Positions 15,001 to 27,209 of a stretch of 64,000 nucleotides of DNA are shown piece by piece. The translations under genes and the position numbers were made by a program. Numbering within the stretch: the stretch's first letter is position 1; every line of letters starts with the position of its first letter. The notes under the pieces are model-generated. The model was not told the origin of the DNA and did no database searches. It saw only the letters and a program-made list of their open reading frames with translations. Origin of the DNA: Hemiscyllium ocellatum (Eukaryota). The stretch lies in NCBI RefSeq assembly GCF_020745735.1, contig NC_083418.1, forward strand, positions 17,005,776 through 17,069,775, written 5' to 3'.

Positions 15001-17635
15001 TGGAAGGTATAGGGGAGATGTCAGGGGTGGGTTCTTTACCCAGAGAGTGGTGGGGTCATGGAATGCGCTGCCCGTGGGAGTGGTAGAGTCAGAATCATTG
15101 GCGACCTTTAAGCGGCAATTGGATAGGTACATGGATGGGTGCATAATCTAGGCTAGATGTTCGGCACAACATCGTGGGCCGAAGGGCCTGTTCTGTGCTG
15201 TATTGTTCTATGTTCTATGTTCTATGTTCTATCATTTCCCTCTCCCAGCTGAGAAACTGAGATTACAATCATTCTCGTTTCTGAGCTGTGAAACTAAGAT
15301 TGTGATCATTCCCCTTTCCCAGCTGTGAATCTGAGTTTCTGAACATTCCCTTTTCCCAGCTGTGAAACTGAGTTTATGATCATTCCCCTTTCTGAGTTGT
15401 GAAACTGATTTTGTGATCATTCCACTTTCCCAGCTGTGAACTGAGTTTGTGAGCACTCCCCTATCCAAGCTGTGAAACTGAGATTGTGAAAGTTCCCCTT
15501 TCCCAGCTGTGACACTAAGTCTGCGATCATTCCCCTTCCCCAGCTGTGAATCTGAGTTTGTGATCATTCCCCTTTCCCAGCTGTGGAACTGAGTTTGTGA
15601 TCATTCCCCTTCCCCAGCTGTGAATCTGAGTTTGTGATCATTCCCCTTTCCCAGCTGTGGAACTGAGTTTGATATCATTCCCCTTTCCCAGTTGTGAATC
15701 TGAGTTTGTGATCATTCCCCTTTCCCAGCTGTGGAACTGAGTTTGATATCATTCCCCTTTCCCAGTTGTGAAACTGTCTTTTTTTATCATTCCCCTTTCC
15801 CAGCTGTAAAACTGAGATTGTGAGCATTCTCTGTTACCAGCTGTAAAACTGAGTTTGGGTTCATTCCTCTTTCCAAGTTGTGAAACTGAGTTTGTGATCA
15901 TTCCCCTTTCCCAGCTGTGAAACTGAGTTTGTGATCATTCCCTTTCTCAGATGTAAACCTGTGTTTGTGAGCATTCCACTTTCTAAGCTGTAAAACTGAG
16001 TTTGTGATCCTTCCCCTTTTCCAGCGGAGAAATGAGTTTGTGGTCATTCCCGTTCCGAGCTGTGAAACTGAGTTTATGATCATTCCCCTATCCCAGTTGT
16101 GAGCCTAAGTTGGTGAGCACTCCACTATCCCATATGTGAAACTGCGTTTGTGAGCACTCCTTTTTCCCAGCTGTGAAACTAAGTTTGTCAGCATTCCCCT
16201 TTCCCAGCTGTGAAACTGAATTTGCCATCATTTCCCTTTTCCCAGCGGAGAAACGAGTTTGTGATCATTCCACTTTCCCAGATGTGAAACTGAGTTTGGG
16301 ATGATTCCCATTTCAAAACTGTGAAACAGAGTTTGGGATCATTCCCTTTCCGAGCGGGAAACTGAGTGTGTGATCATTCGCATTTCCCAGCGGAGAAATA
16401 AGATTGTGAGTATTCCCCTTTCCCAGCTCTGAAACTGAGATTGTGATCATTCCCCATTCCCAGCTGTGAAACAAACTTTGGGATCACTCCCTTTCCGAGT
16501 GGTGAAATTGAGTGTGTGATCATTCGCATTTCCCTGCGGAGAAATGAGTTTATGGTCATTCCCCTTTCCCACCTGTGAAACTGAGTTTGTGATCATTCCC
16601 GTTTCCAAATTGTGAAATTGAGTTTGTGATAATTCCCCTTTTCCAGCTGAGAAATGAGTTTGTGGTCATTCCACATTCCCAGCTGTGAGACTGAGTTTGT
16701 CAGCATTCCCGTTTCTCAGCTGTAAAACTGAGTTCGTGAGCATTCCCCATTCCCAGCTGTAAAAGTGAGTTTGTGATAATTCCCCTTTTCCAGCGGAGAA
16801 ATGAGTTTGTGATCATTCCCATACCGAGCGGTGAAACTGAGTGTGTGATCATTCGCATTTCACAGCGGAGAAATGAATTTGTGAGCATTCCCATTTCCCA
16901 GTTGTGAAACTGAGTTTGTGAGCATTCCCTTTGCCCAACTGGGAAACTGTGTTTGGGATCATTCCCGTTTCAAAAATGTGAAACAGAATTTGGGATCATT
17001 CCCTTTCCGAGCGGTGAAACTGTGTGTGATCATTCGCATTTCCCAGCGGAGAAATAAGTTTGTGAGCATTCCCCTTTCCCAGCTGTGAAACTGAGTATGT
17101 GATCATTCCCGTTTCCGAGCTGTGACACTGAATTTGCCATCATTCCCCTTTCCCACAGTGAAAGTGAGTTTGTAAGCATTCCCCTTCCACACTTGTGAAA
17201 TTGAGTGTGTGATCATTCCCTTTTCCCAGCGGAGAAATGAGTTTATGATCATTCCCCTTTCCCAGCTGTGAAACTGAGTCTATGATCATTCCCCTTTCCT
17301 ATCTGTGAAACTGAGTTTTCCAGCACTCCCCTTTCGCAGCTGTGAATCTGAGTTTGGGATCATTCCCGTTTCCAAACTGTGAAACTAAGTTTGTGAGTAT
17401 TCCCCAATCCCAGCTGTGAAACTGAGTGTGTGATCATTCGCATTTCCCAGTGGAGAAATGAGTTTGTGAGCATTCCAATTACCCAGCTGTAAAACTAAGT
17501 TTATGATCATTCCCCTCTCCCATCTGTGAAACTGAGTTTGGGATCATTCCCGTTTCCAAACTCTGAAACTGGGTTTCTGAGCATTCCCCGTTCCCAGCTG
17601 TGACACTGAGTCTGTGATCATTCCCCTTTCCCTGC
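1..17635. repeat. 37-bp tandem satellite array, interrupted by a CR1 at 13858-15231; open at the left window edge
   Basis: Consensus GATCATTCCCCTTTCCCAGCTGTGAAACTGAGTTTGT (37 nt) repeats head-to-tail. It explains all the 'MITNSVSQLGKGNDHK' pseudo-ORFs. Confidence 0.98.
13858..15231 (+). mobile_element. 5'-truncated, young CR1-clade LINE (RT domain to 3' tail) inserted in the satellite
   Basis: Translates as DNPGNYRPVSLTSV...QHGFVKGRSCLT...YLDFNKAFD...GVPQGSVLGP...FADD. It is a single frame to 15151 with in-frame TAGs at 14687 and 14828, and ends in a (TGTTCTA)4 tail at 15204-15231. Confidence 0.97.
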
Positions 17636-18729
17636 TCTGCTGTTTAAGTGACAGTTTGCTCCCTACAGCCACAGCGGTAGGTGTTGAGAAACATCCATTT
17701 AACCTGGTAACAGTTTTGGACAGCTCTTCATTTCCTTTCATTTCGGTCCCCTTGAACTGCCAATTGCTTTGATTTCATTTCACTGAGACCGCAATTAAAA
17801 GGCAGCATTGAAAAATCAAATGGCACCTGAGGTTTTCAACTGAATTAACATCTTTTTTGCTCCTTGGTGACCCGGTAATTCTATCTAGAGAAATTCTGCA
17901 ATTATTATGTCTGTTTCTGGGCAGGACCAAAGTCTCTTCTTGCAATGAGACTCCCCCATCAACAGGACAGGAAAGAGACTGGGAGAAAGGGTGGAATGGT
18001 GCATTGTGGCAGGAGTGGGTAGGCAGGAATGTTAAGTTCCTTATTCTGAGGAATAGTAAGTGCGCTCTGTGAGCTGGTCCTTTCCCCCAAAGGAGCCACA
18101 TGCACAGCTGCATTGCCTGCACACTTCACACTGCTTGTGTTGTCTCTTTCTCATGATCAAATCATTTCTGAACTCAGCACAGTGTCTCACTAGGGAGGGG
18201 TTTGGCAGGGGGCTGCAGCACACTTGGTACATTATACAAGAGAGAGCCTCTTGATGAGTTCTCACAAGAATCGCCATTGCTAGCAGGTGGTACGGAGTGA
18301 GATATTTCAAAGGGAATTATAGATCTAGACCCAGTTGGAGATTTTTTCAAATGGCAAGTGTGACATCAGAGTGACTGAACAGTGTTGGAGATAACTGCTT
18401 GTGGTCGGTGAGATTTAATGTCCCTAGGCATGGCGAACTCAGTATTGAACTGAGTGAGACACAGCTGTCTTCTTACACATTTCCCCACCATGCCTGAGGC
18501 CGGGCATTCTCACCAACTGAGGTCCTCACGTGCGGAGACTCACCATTTGCAAGGATCAAAACAAAATCCAACACTGTCAGGGTCAAACACACCAAATCTG
18601 GTCAAGGAGGCCCAGTAATGGGTGCAGGCCGAAGGTGGGGACTAGGCAAGCCAGACTCTTCCCCCTGCTGCTGACCCACTGAACCACTTCCCAAAAGTTG
18701 CCACCTTGTCAGCACTCACTGTGGCCTGG

Positions 18730-18990
18730 CTTCCTCACCAATCCTGGGCCTTGGTCTGTCCCTGATCCTGGGCCTGGCTACCTTCCCGATCCTGAGCCTG
18801 CCTCACTGAATCTGGGTCCAGCTCTTTCCCCGAGTCTGGGCCTTCCTCCTTCACCAATCCTGAGCTTGCCTCCCTCACTTATCTTCGACCTGCCTCCCTC
18901 CCTAATCCTGGGTTTGGCCTCCTCCCCATTCTGGATCTGCATCCCTTCTCGATCCTGGACCTGCTCCCCTCCCTGATCCTGGGCCTAGTC
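18730..18990. repeat. Degenerate ~24-bp C-rich minisatellite
   Basis: ATCCTG(G/A)GCC recurs at 18741, 18765, 18789 and, more loosely, up to ~18986. Confidence 0.7.
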
Positions 18991-19164
18991 CATTACCTAC
19001 ACCAGGAACAACCACTGTAGTCCACCAGTGAAGAGTTTTGTTCGCCTCCAATTGGCACTAAACTGTGTCCTGCCCTGACAAAGATGGCCCAGTGAGTGAA
19101 AAGTCCATTGTCTTCATAAATTCTGTCCTTTGTACATGATGGAAGCTGTGAACCTTTGAGAGGG

Positions 19165-19770
19165 ATTCAGCGTGGCTGGCCGTTTCTGGCCCATCCCTAA
19201 TTGCCTTTGAGAAGGTAGTGGGAAGGTGCCTTCTTGAATCGCTGCAGTCCTTGGGTTGGAGGGACAGCCATGACACTGTCAGAAAAGAAGTTGAAGGATT
19301 TTGATCCAATTGCATTGAAGGGACGTTGGTATTTTTTCTAAGTCAGTGCGTGGCAAACATGCTGGTAATAAGCACCACCATCCAATGCTGTGCCTGTCCT
19401 TCTAGTTGGTAGAAGTCATGGGTTTGGAAACTACAGTCAAAGGAAGTTTGGTGAGTTGCATTGAATCTTGTAGATGGCACAGTGTGTCAGTGGTGGAGGG
19501 TGAATACTGAAGGTAGTAGATGTGGTGTCTATCAAGCGAGCTGCTGTGTCCTGGATGGTGTCAAGCCTCTTGAGTGTTGTTTGGTTTGCACCCATCCAGG
19601 TGAATATCCCAACACCTGACTTGTGCCTTGCAAATGGCAGTCAGGAGGTAAGTTACTCACTGCGAGATTCCTAGCCTAAAACCTACTCTTGTGTTTATAT
19701 GGTGAGTCCAGTTGAGTTTCTGCTCAATGGTAATTCCCAAGATGTCAATAGGAGATTCAGTGAAGGTAAT
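19165..19770 (-). mobile_element. Old CR1/L2-group LINE 3' fragment
   Basis: The minus strand ends with GGCAATTAGGGATGGG, the same tail as the SINE at 34941-35310. Degraded RT C-terminal-like sequence lies upstream. Confidence 0.6.
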
Positions 19771-20577
19771 AGTTGATATATACAGCTCAATAACTAAAAA
19801 TAGATAAGACTTGTATCAAGACTGAACCTGGTGACAGTCAGACCTGAGAAGAATCAATGAGTTCGGAGACTTTATTTGAAAAATTATCTCTCCTCAGCAA
19901 CTTCCCTTCAAATAAAAATGCTGGAGCGTAATGGGAAATAGTCTGGCATTCTACTGGAGAATTAATGGGAATCTACTATTGCAGAGAATGAGCTACATAA
20001 ATCCAGAACATTGCCACAGGAACAACTGGGAATGGTTCAGAGACTGGAGAAAATCTCTGAGAAAGATCTGAAATTCAGTGGGAAGAGTGAATAGGAATGC
20101 TGTTGGATGTTGGGTTGGGTACCTGTTGACGATCCCCTCACGTGGACAATTAATATGTAAAACCTGATGGGTTTAGTCGCCTTTTAGTTATCTTTTTTAC
20201 AAAATTAGTTGTCGTTTGATGTCAAGACCAAATTGTAAAGTTTGATGGCGAACAGTGGTCCGGAAAAGACCAAGACGTAATTGCTAGCTAACATGGTTAA
20301 ACCGCCTGTGGTCATTAAATAATGTGGTTCAGCAAGCTGTGATAAGATCAAAAGTAGTCAGCATTTGAGAAATTTAGACATGGTCTGTAGTTGACTTCAG
20401 GCTGAAATAGCCTTGTGGTTTATAACATGTGGTTTCATGGATAGATTGAGAAGTAAATTAATGGTCCAACTATACGTCTCATTGCTTTGAAAAAGCAAAA
20501 GTGGTTGCATGTCTTGTAAATAGTTTAGAGTTGGTTGTACAAGTAGTATTCCAAAATGTTGGACAGAATTTTTACCT

Positions 20578-21030
20578 TTGGGTTGGAGGGTTTGAGCTAT
20601 CGGGTGAAGCTGAACAGGCTTGGGGCTGTTTTCCTTGGAGTGTCGGAGGCTGAGGGGTGACCTTTCAGAAGTTTATAATGTCATGAGGGGCATGGATAGG
20701 GTGAATAGACAATGTCTTTACTTTGAGGTGGGGAGTCTAGACTAGAGGGTATAGCTTTAAGGTGAGAGGGGAAAGACTTTACGTGAACCAAAGGGGCAAC
20801 TTTTTCACACAGAGGGTGGTACATGTATGGAATGAGCTGCCAGAGGAAGTGGTGGAGGCTGGTACAATTACAGCATCTGGATGGGTGTATGAATAGGAAG
20901 GGCTTAGAGGGATATGAGCCAAGTGCTGGCAAATGGGACTAGATTAGGTTAGGATATCTGGTCAGGATGGATGAGTTGGACTGAAGGTCTGTTTCCATGC
21001 TGTACATCTCTATGACTCTGACTCTATGAC
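20578..21030 (+). mobile_element. CR1 LINE 3' fragment
   Basis: GGAGGCTGAGGGGTGACCT...AAGGTGAGAGGGG...TGGAATGAGCTGCCAGAGG; (TCTATGAC)-type tail. Confidence 0.9.
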
Positions 21031-21874
21031 TGCAAGGAGTCCTTGCTGCTGGTGGTTGAGTGACCGGTTGTCCCCCTGCTCATGGGACTGGTATTCTCCC
21101 TGGTTTCTCCAGTGTAAAGTTGGCTGCAGAGGAGCCCATTGCTTCTATGGGTCATTTCAGCCAATGTAGAATTGATTTATCCTTGACTCCACACCCCCTC
21201 CCCCCCTGGGTGGCATGAGGTCAAATAGCAGAGCATCAGGAGAGGACTGTAACATCACACTGTATAATGCTGGAGCCAGTCATTTGCAGAGCCATCTGTA
21301 TTTGCAAATTAATCCACATGTCCAGCCTTTCACAAGCTGTGGCTGTTTTCCATCACCTGTAGACTCTCCTTTGTGCAGGGTCTCCATTACCTGGAAACTG
21401 ATCAATGAGGACGGCTGCTGATGTGGATACTGGAGTCACACAGCAATTGAGTCAGGCTTTGCTTATTCGTTTCGGATCATCTTAATTGTTTCAGCGCTAA
21501 AAAGCCTACATGTCAACACAATCTGTGGAGATTCTCAGTTTTATATGAGGGTTTTACCGTGCTTGGCTGCCCAGTTCAACAGATCCTCGCTCTGTCAGAC
21601 ATTCTGCACGCGGAGAGCACGATTCATCTGATTGGCTTCTGCTTCACAACGTAGTTAGCGAAAGGCTACAACATTTCTCCCTGCCTAATTGGTGCCGCAG
21701 AGTCAATTAGATTTCTGCTGTCAAGATTTATTTTTAATTTTCAAACCGAGGGGCTGAAGCCTTGGGGATTCTCCGACACTCCTAACATTGATGAGAAAGT
21801 AGAGATCTCAATAAAATGCAACTCTCAGAGGGTAGGTAGGTGACATCCTGTGTTAAATTGGAACCTTAGTGCTT

Positions 21875-22667
21875 AGTCATAGAGTCATACAGCACGGAAA
21901 CAGACCCTTCGGTCCATCCAGTCCATGCTGACCATAATCCCAAACTAAACTGGTCCCACCTACCTGCGCTTGGTCCATATCCCTCCAAACATTTCTTATT
22001 CGTGTATGTATCTCAAATGTCTTTTAAATGTTGTAACCGTACCTGCCATCCTCTGGGAGTTCATTCCACACTCAAACCACTCACTGTGTAAAAAAATTGC
22101 CCCTCATGACTTTTTTTTAATACTTCTCCTCTCACCTTAAAGAATTGCCCCCTAGTCTTGAACTCCCCCACCCTATAGGGAAAAGACACTTGCCACTCAC
22201 CTTGTCCATGCCCCTCATGATTTTATAAACCTCTGTAAGGTCACCCCTCAACCTCCTATTCTCCAGTGAAAAATGTCCCAACCTATCCAGCCTCCCCATA
22301 TAACCTAAACCCCCCCACTCCTGGTCACATCCTGGAAAATCTGTTCTCAGCCCTCTCCAGTTTAATAATATCCTTCCTATAACAGGACAACCTGAACTGG
22401 ACACAGTACTCCAGAAGAGGCCTGTACAAACTTAACATGACTTCCCAACTCTTCCTGATGAAGGGCTCTGGCACGAAACGTCGAATTTCCTGTTCCTTGG
22501 ATGCTGCCTAACCTGCTGTGCTTTAACCAGCAACACATTTTCAGCTATGACTTCCCAACTCCTATACTCAATGATCTGAGCAATGAAGGCAAGAGTGCTA
22601 ACTACCTTCTTAACCGTCCTGTCTATGTGAGATGCAAACTTCGAAGAATTATGTACCTGGACCCCTC
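21875..22667 (-). mobile_element. CR1 LINE 3' fragment hosting a Penelope-terminus insertion at 22452-22546
   Basis: Minus-strand peptide LDRLGHFSLENRRLRGDLTEVYKIMRGMDKV; tail repeat AGTCATAG at the left edge. Confidence 0.92.
22452..22546 (+). mobile_element. Short Penelope-terminus insertion (family A) with a minimal hammerhead ribozyme core
   Basis: TTC-CTGATGA-A-GGGC-TCTG-GCAC-GAAA-CGTC-GAA. A perfect 15-bp TSD ATGACTTCCCAACTC flanks it at 22437-22451 and 22547-22561. Confidence 0.85.
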
Positions 22668-22874
22668 TGATTATGTCAAACACGTAGGATATGATAAGAA
22701 CTTCAGAACAAAGGTTGGCCGCTGGTGTCTGTGCAACCATTTTATTAAATCATGGCTAATTTGCATTTTAACTCCATTGTTCCCTGATTTGGAGATGCCG
22801 GTGTTGGACTGGGGTGTACACAGTTAAAAATCACACAACACCAGGTTATAGTCCAACAGATTTAATTGGAAGCA

Positions 22875-22909
22875 CACTAGCTTTCGGAGCGACGCTCCTT
22901 CATCAGGTG
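22875..22909 (-). ncRNA. Minimal type-I hammerhead ribozyme motif (family B, inverted copy)
   Basis: Exact reverse complement of 22915-22949. Confidence 0.8.
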
Positions 22910-22914
22910 ATTGT

Positions 22915-22949
22915 CACCTGATGAAGGAGCGTCGCTCCGAAAGCTAGTG
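22915..22949 (+). ncRNA. Minimal type-I hammerhead ribozyme motif (family B)
   Basis: CAC-CTGATGA-A-GGAGC-GTC-GCTCC-GAAA-GCTA-GTG: stem I CAC/GTG, 5-bp stem II, palindromic AGCT in place of helix III. Confidence 0.8.
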
Positions 22950-24203
22950 TGCTTCCAATTAAACCTGTTGGACTATAACCTGGTGTTGTGTGATTTTTAA
23001 CTGTTGTTCCCTGATACTCAAGAACCTCCCCTCACAAAAATGGATGGAACCCAGTCCTAAAATGTTCCCAGCTCTTTGAGGGAGACAGTTTCAGATTTCC
23101 AATACCGTTTGGAGAAAGATATGTTTCCTTACAACACCCTTCTGGTCCTATCTCCAACATGCTATTATTCTGGATTCCTTTTTCCATCTCATATCCACTC
23201 CAGCAAATCAGGATGAACTGAATGTGAATGATGGAGGAAGGTGAACCTGCCCATGCAGATAAAACTTACTGGACTGCTTTCCCTGACACAGCAGCTAGCT
23301 GGATTGTAACTGTTCCCAAAGCATTTCCTTGACCATTTAGAAACTTGATCTAGGCTGGCATTATTGGAACGAACCCTTTCTCTTCAGACCCAATAAGGGA
23401 GTATTAACATGAAACATGCTCTCTGCTTCTACCCCCATCCTGCCAGATTATTCTGTTCATTTTTCAGACTTTGGAATAAGCCGTATCTGGCTTTTGTCAG
23501 AAATTAATTGTTTTTTTTTAAATTTTGATCTGTATTCTATCCCCAATTGATAGTGTTAAGAAATATTTTACATGAACCTTTCTCAATCCCCTTTAGAGAA
23601 TTATCGGAAGGACACAGCAATACAATACGCAGCAATGTCCACTGTCCATTAAACCACAATATACAAGAGCAGCATTAGGCCACTCGGCCCATCCACCATC
23701 CGATCAATATTCATATGTTTCTCAGCCCCATTCTCCTGCCTTCTCCCTGTAACCCTTGATCCCCTTACTAATCTAGAACCTATTTATCTCTGTCCTAAAT
23801 ACACTGAATGACTTTGCCTCCACACCTTCTGCAGGAATGAGTTCCACAGATTCACATCCTCTGGCTGAAGGAAATCCTTCTTGTCTCACTTCTAAAGGAT
23901 CGTCCCTTCATTCCGAGGCTGTGCCCTCAGGTCCTAGTCTCTTCTGCGAGTGAAAACATCTTCTCCGCATCCTCTCTATCCAGGTCTCTCAGTATCCCGC
24001 AACTATCAATCGAACTCCTCCATATCCTTCTAAACTTCATTGAGTATAGACCCAGAGTCCTCAAACCCACCTCTTAAGGCAAGCTCCTCATCTCCAGGGA
24101 TCATTTTTGTAAACTTCCTCTGGACCCCTCCAATGCCAGCACTTCCTATCCTAGGCACGGGGACAAAAACTGCTCCTAGTGTTCCAAAGATGATTTATCC
24201 AGA

Positions 24204-24304
24204 GTCGAGAGTGTGTTGCTGGGAAAGCAGAGCAGGTCAGGCAGCATCCGAGGAGCAGGAGAATCGACGTTTCGGGCATAAGCCCTTCGTCAGGAACCTT
24301 CATC
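24204..24304 (-). mobile_element. Short Penelope-terminus insertion (family A) with a hammerhead core at 24266-24293
   Basis: Minus strand CTGACGA-A-GGGC-TTAT-GCCC-GAAA-CGTC; 14-bp TSD ATGATTT(A/G)TCCAGA at 24190-24203 and 24305-24318. Confidence 0.85.
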
Positions 24305-24327
24305 ATGATTTGTCCAGACCCTTGTAC

Positions 24328-25107
24328 TGAAGTCATGCACTTTGGTAGGAAGAATAGAGGCATGGGCTATTTTCTAAATGGGGAGAAATAAGTCTGGAGT
24401 ACAGAGGGAGTTGGGAGTCCTAGTCCAGGATTCTATTGAAGTAAGTTTGCAGGTTGAGTCGACAATTAGGAAGGCAAATATAATGTTGTCATTCACCTTG
24501 AGAATATAAAAGCAGGGATGTATTTCTGAGGCTTTATCGGAGTCTGCACAGACCACATTTGGAGTATTGTGAGCAATTTTGGGCCCCACACCTCAGGAAG
24601 GATGTATTGGCCCTGGAGTGGGTTCAGAGGAGGTTCACCTAAATGATCCCAGGAATGAAAAGGTTTACAGAAGAGGAATGTTTGCAGACTCTAGGACTAT
24701 ACTCAATGGAGTTTAAAAAGATGAGGGAGAATCTGATTAAAACTTACAGAATACTGAATGGCTTGGACAGAGTAGACATTAGGAAGTTGGTTCCATTGGT
24801 AGGAGAGACTAGGACCAGAGGGCACAGCCTTAGAGTAAAGGGAAAGCATTTCAAATGGAGATAGGGAGAAACTTCCTCAGCCAGAGGGTGGTGAATCTAT
24901 GGAATTCACTGCCACAGCAGGCTGTGGAGGTAGGTCATTGTGTATATGTAAGACTGAGATAGATAGGTTTTTGTTTGCCAGGGGAATCAAAGGTTATGGG
25001 GAGAAAGTGGGAAAATGGGATTGAAAAACCTAAGAGCCCTGATTGAATGGCATATCAGACTTGATGGACTGAATGGTCTAATCTCTGCTCCTATGTTTTA
25101 TGGTCTT
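24328..25107 (+). mobile_element. CR1 LINE 3' fragment
   Basis: Peptide MIPGMKRFTEEECLQTLGLYSMEFKKMRENLIKTYRILNGLDRVD...TRTRGHSL, followed by the 3' UTR and tail. Confidence 0.9.
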
Positions 25108-25917
25108 ACCCCTGTTTTTGTTTTCTAGTGCTGACATTGCATTTACCTTCCTTACTGCCCATGAACCTGTATGTTAACTTTCAGAGAATCCTGACCTAGG
25201 ATTCCTTTGTGCTTCAGATTTCTGAAGCTTTTCTCCACTCTGAAAACAGTCTCTGCCTCTGTTCTTCCTACCAAAGTGCATAACTTCACACTTTCTCACA
25301 TTGTATTCTATCTGCCACTTCTTTGCCCCATCTCCTAGTCTGTCTAAATCCTACTGTAGCCTTCCAGCTTCCTCAACACTATACCTGTCCTTCTACCTAT
25401 CTTTGTGTCATCTGCAACCGTAGCCCTCATTTTCCTGAAAAACATGTACATCCACTATCCACTGTGCTGTTGAATCTGTTGTTCATGCCACAACACAGTC
25501 CACAACACTGCTTAGATGGCAGTGCACAGCTCTGTACAGACCACAATACACAGTATACACAATGAAACACCCAATTTTCCCATATCGAAAAAGCTGAAGA
25601 AACCTGACAGAATCTGTGGAGAGAGAGGTAGAATGATGGCTTTGAGTCCAATACCTTAAGGATGGATCTGCAGCATCCACAGTTCTTTGTTTTATCATTT
25701 TACCCCGAGACGAATTATCATTTGAAGATTCAGAATAAGGGAGAGACAATCGGGAGGTCTTCATAAACGTGTTAGAGAGCCTTACAAATAATTTAACTCG
25801 GTCAAAATTCACAACTTCAGAGAAGAATTTTCACTGAAGAATGAATAAGGGATAGGGTTAAATGATGCAGCAATGCATAATAGTTAGAGGGTTAACGTCT
25901 ACATTTGTAAAGGACAT

Positions 25918-26205
25918 AGGGGTTATGAGTTCAAGGTGAGAGGGGAAAAGTTTAAGGAGTTATGTGTGGACAGTTCTTTACGCAAGGGGTGGTGGATGCC
26001 CTTTAACGCATTGCCAGTGGAGGTGGTAGGGGCGGGCATGATAGTGTCAATTAAGATGTATCTAGACAGATACATGAAGAGGCAGGGAGGAGAGGGATAC
26101 AGACCCTTAGAAAAGAGATGACAGGTTTAGATAGAAGATCTGGATCGGTGCAGGCTTGGAGGGCTGAAGGGCCAGTTCCTGTGCTGTAATTTCCTCTGTT
26201 CTTTG
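25918..26205 (+). mobile_element. CR1 LINE 3' end
   Basis: AAGGTGAGAGGGG...GGGCTGAAGGGCCAGTTCCTGTGCTGTA matches the CR1 3' terminus at ~15180. Confidence 0.85.
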
Positions 26206-26489
26206 ACTAGAAATCTGAACAACATAAAAATAAGGCCCTCTCACTGAAATTTCAGAACTAATAGAAACCCACCACAATACCTCTCAAAATATATTGTTCC
26301 CACTGGGAGAAGATATCTTACTTACTTGGGACTTGAAGGTAAAACTGTCTTTAGATGCTCTTGAGCAGTTATTGATAATATCAGGCTGTTTTCTGTTAGA
26401 TTTCATCTTTTGATCATTTTAGACACAGCAGTTTATTTCTTCTTTAACCACTTAAAGTGTATTGCTTGTTGACATCTAATCATGAAACT

Positions 26490-26690
26490 ATGGGACTCAT
26501 TCACCGAGAGGACAAGGGAGACCAAGGCATTGAGTGTGATTAAGACAGAGATCGCTAGGATGTTGATTGGTAAGGAGACCAGGGGTTATGGGGAGAGGAC
26601 AAGAGAATGGGGGTTGAGAAACAGATCAGGCATTACCCAATAGTGGAGCAGATTTGATCTGCTGAATAGTCTCATTCTCCTTCTATATCT
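26490..26690 (+). mobile_element. Degenerate CR1 3' end
   Basis: AAGACAGAGAT...GGGTTATGGGGAGAG...GAATGGGG resembles 24950-25100. Confidence 0.6.
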
Positions 26691-27209
26691 TAGTGAAATA
26701 AGTAAATCAGGCTGTTTAAGATTTTCTGTTACTTTGGAAACAAACCCTAGTCCCTGCACCTCTTGTGTGGGAAGGTTTTCTGTAGAGAGAAAGCCCACAC
26801 CCTTAAATTATCTGGGACATTGATAGCCTTATTAGAAAGTAAGTAGGCTATTTGGTAGGAGGTAAAATTTGGAGATAAATCTTTCCCATGTGGGATGGTT
26901 ATATTATTTCTAAAGGCTTCTGACTAAGCGTTTGTGGGAATGTCTGGCTTGAACTCAGTTGTCAGGAAATTCTCCTGATCTAAGTTAGCTGGAAATAAGC
27001 GTTAAACATAATAAATCATTCCATGCTCAGTCAGCATTTCATCCTGGAAACTGATCACACACCATTGCAAACGAATGGCTAAAAATCACGGACAAGTGTC
27101 CCTCCGAGACGATAGTGTCATATGGTAAAAGAAAAGCATATGACCATGATATTGGCTGCAAATTGATCACCATGGATACACTGAGCAGATTATCAAACAC
27201 AAACAAAGC

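Larger units (their letters stand above)
22789..23003. mobile_element. Palindromic Penelope-like terminus element (family B) with two back-to-back hammerheads
   Basis: Inverted arms of ~91 bp (22820-22910 / 22914-23004) with one mismatch; 12-bp TSD TTGTTCCCTGAT at 22777-22788 and 23004-23015. Confidence 0.85.
23655..25418 (-). mobile_element. Old CR1 LINE fragment split by a Penelope terminus (24204-24304) and an opposite-strand CR1 (24328-25107)
   Basis: CR1 3'-end sequence on the minus strand at 23655-24327 resumes at ~25109-25418 (…TTCCTACCAAAGTGCATAAC…). Confidence 0.75.

Noticed and set aside
1-17635. 37-bp repeats as a CRISPR array, or their ORFs as proteins
   Set aside because: The units are head-to-tail without unique spacers, there are no cas genes, and the context is vertebrate. 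The ORFs cycle through all frames because 37 is not a multiple of 3.
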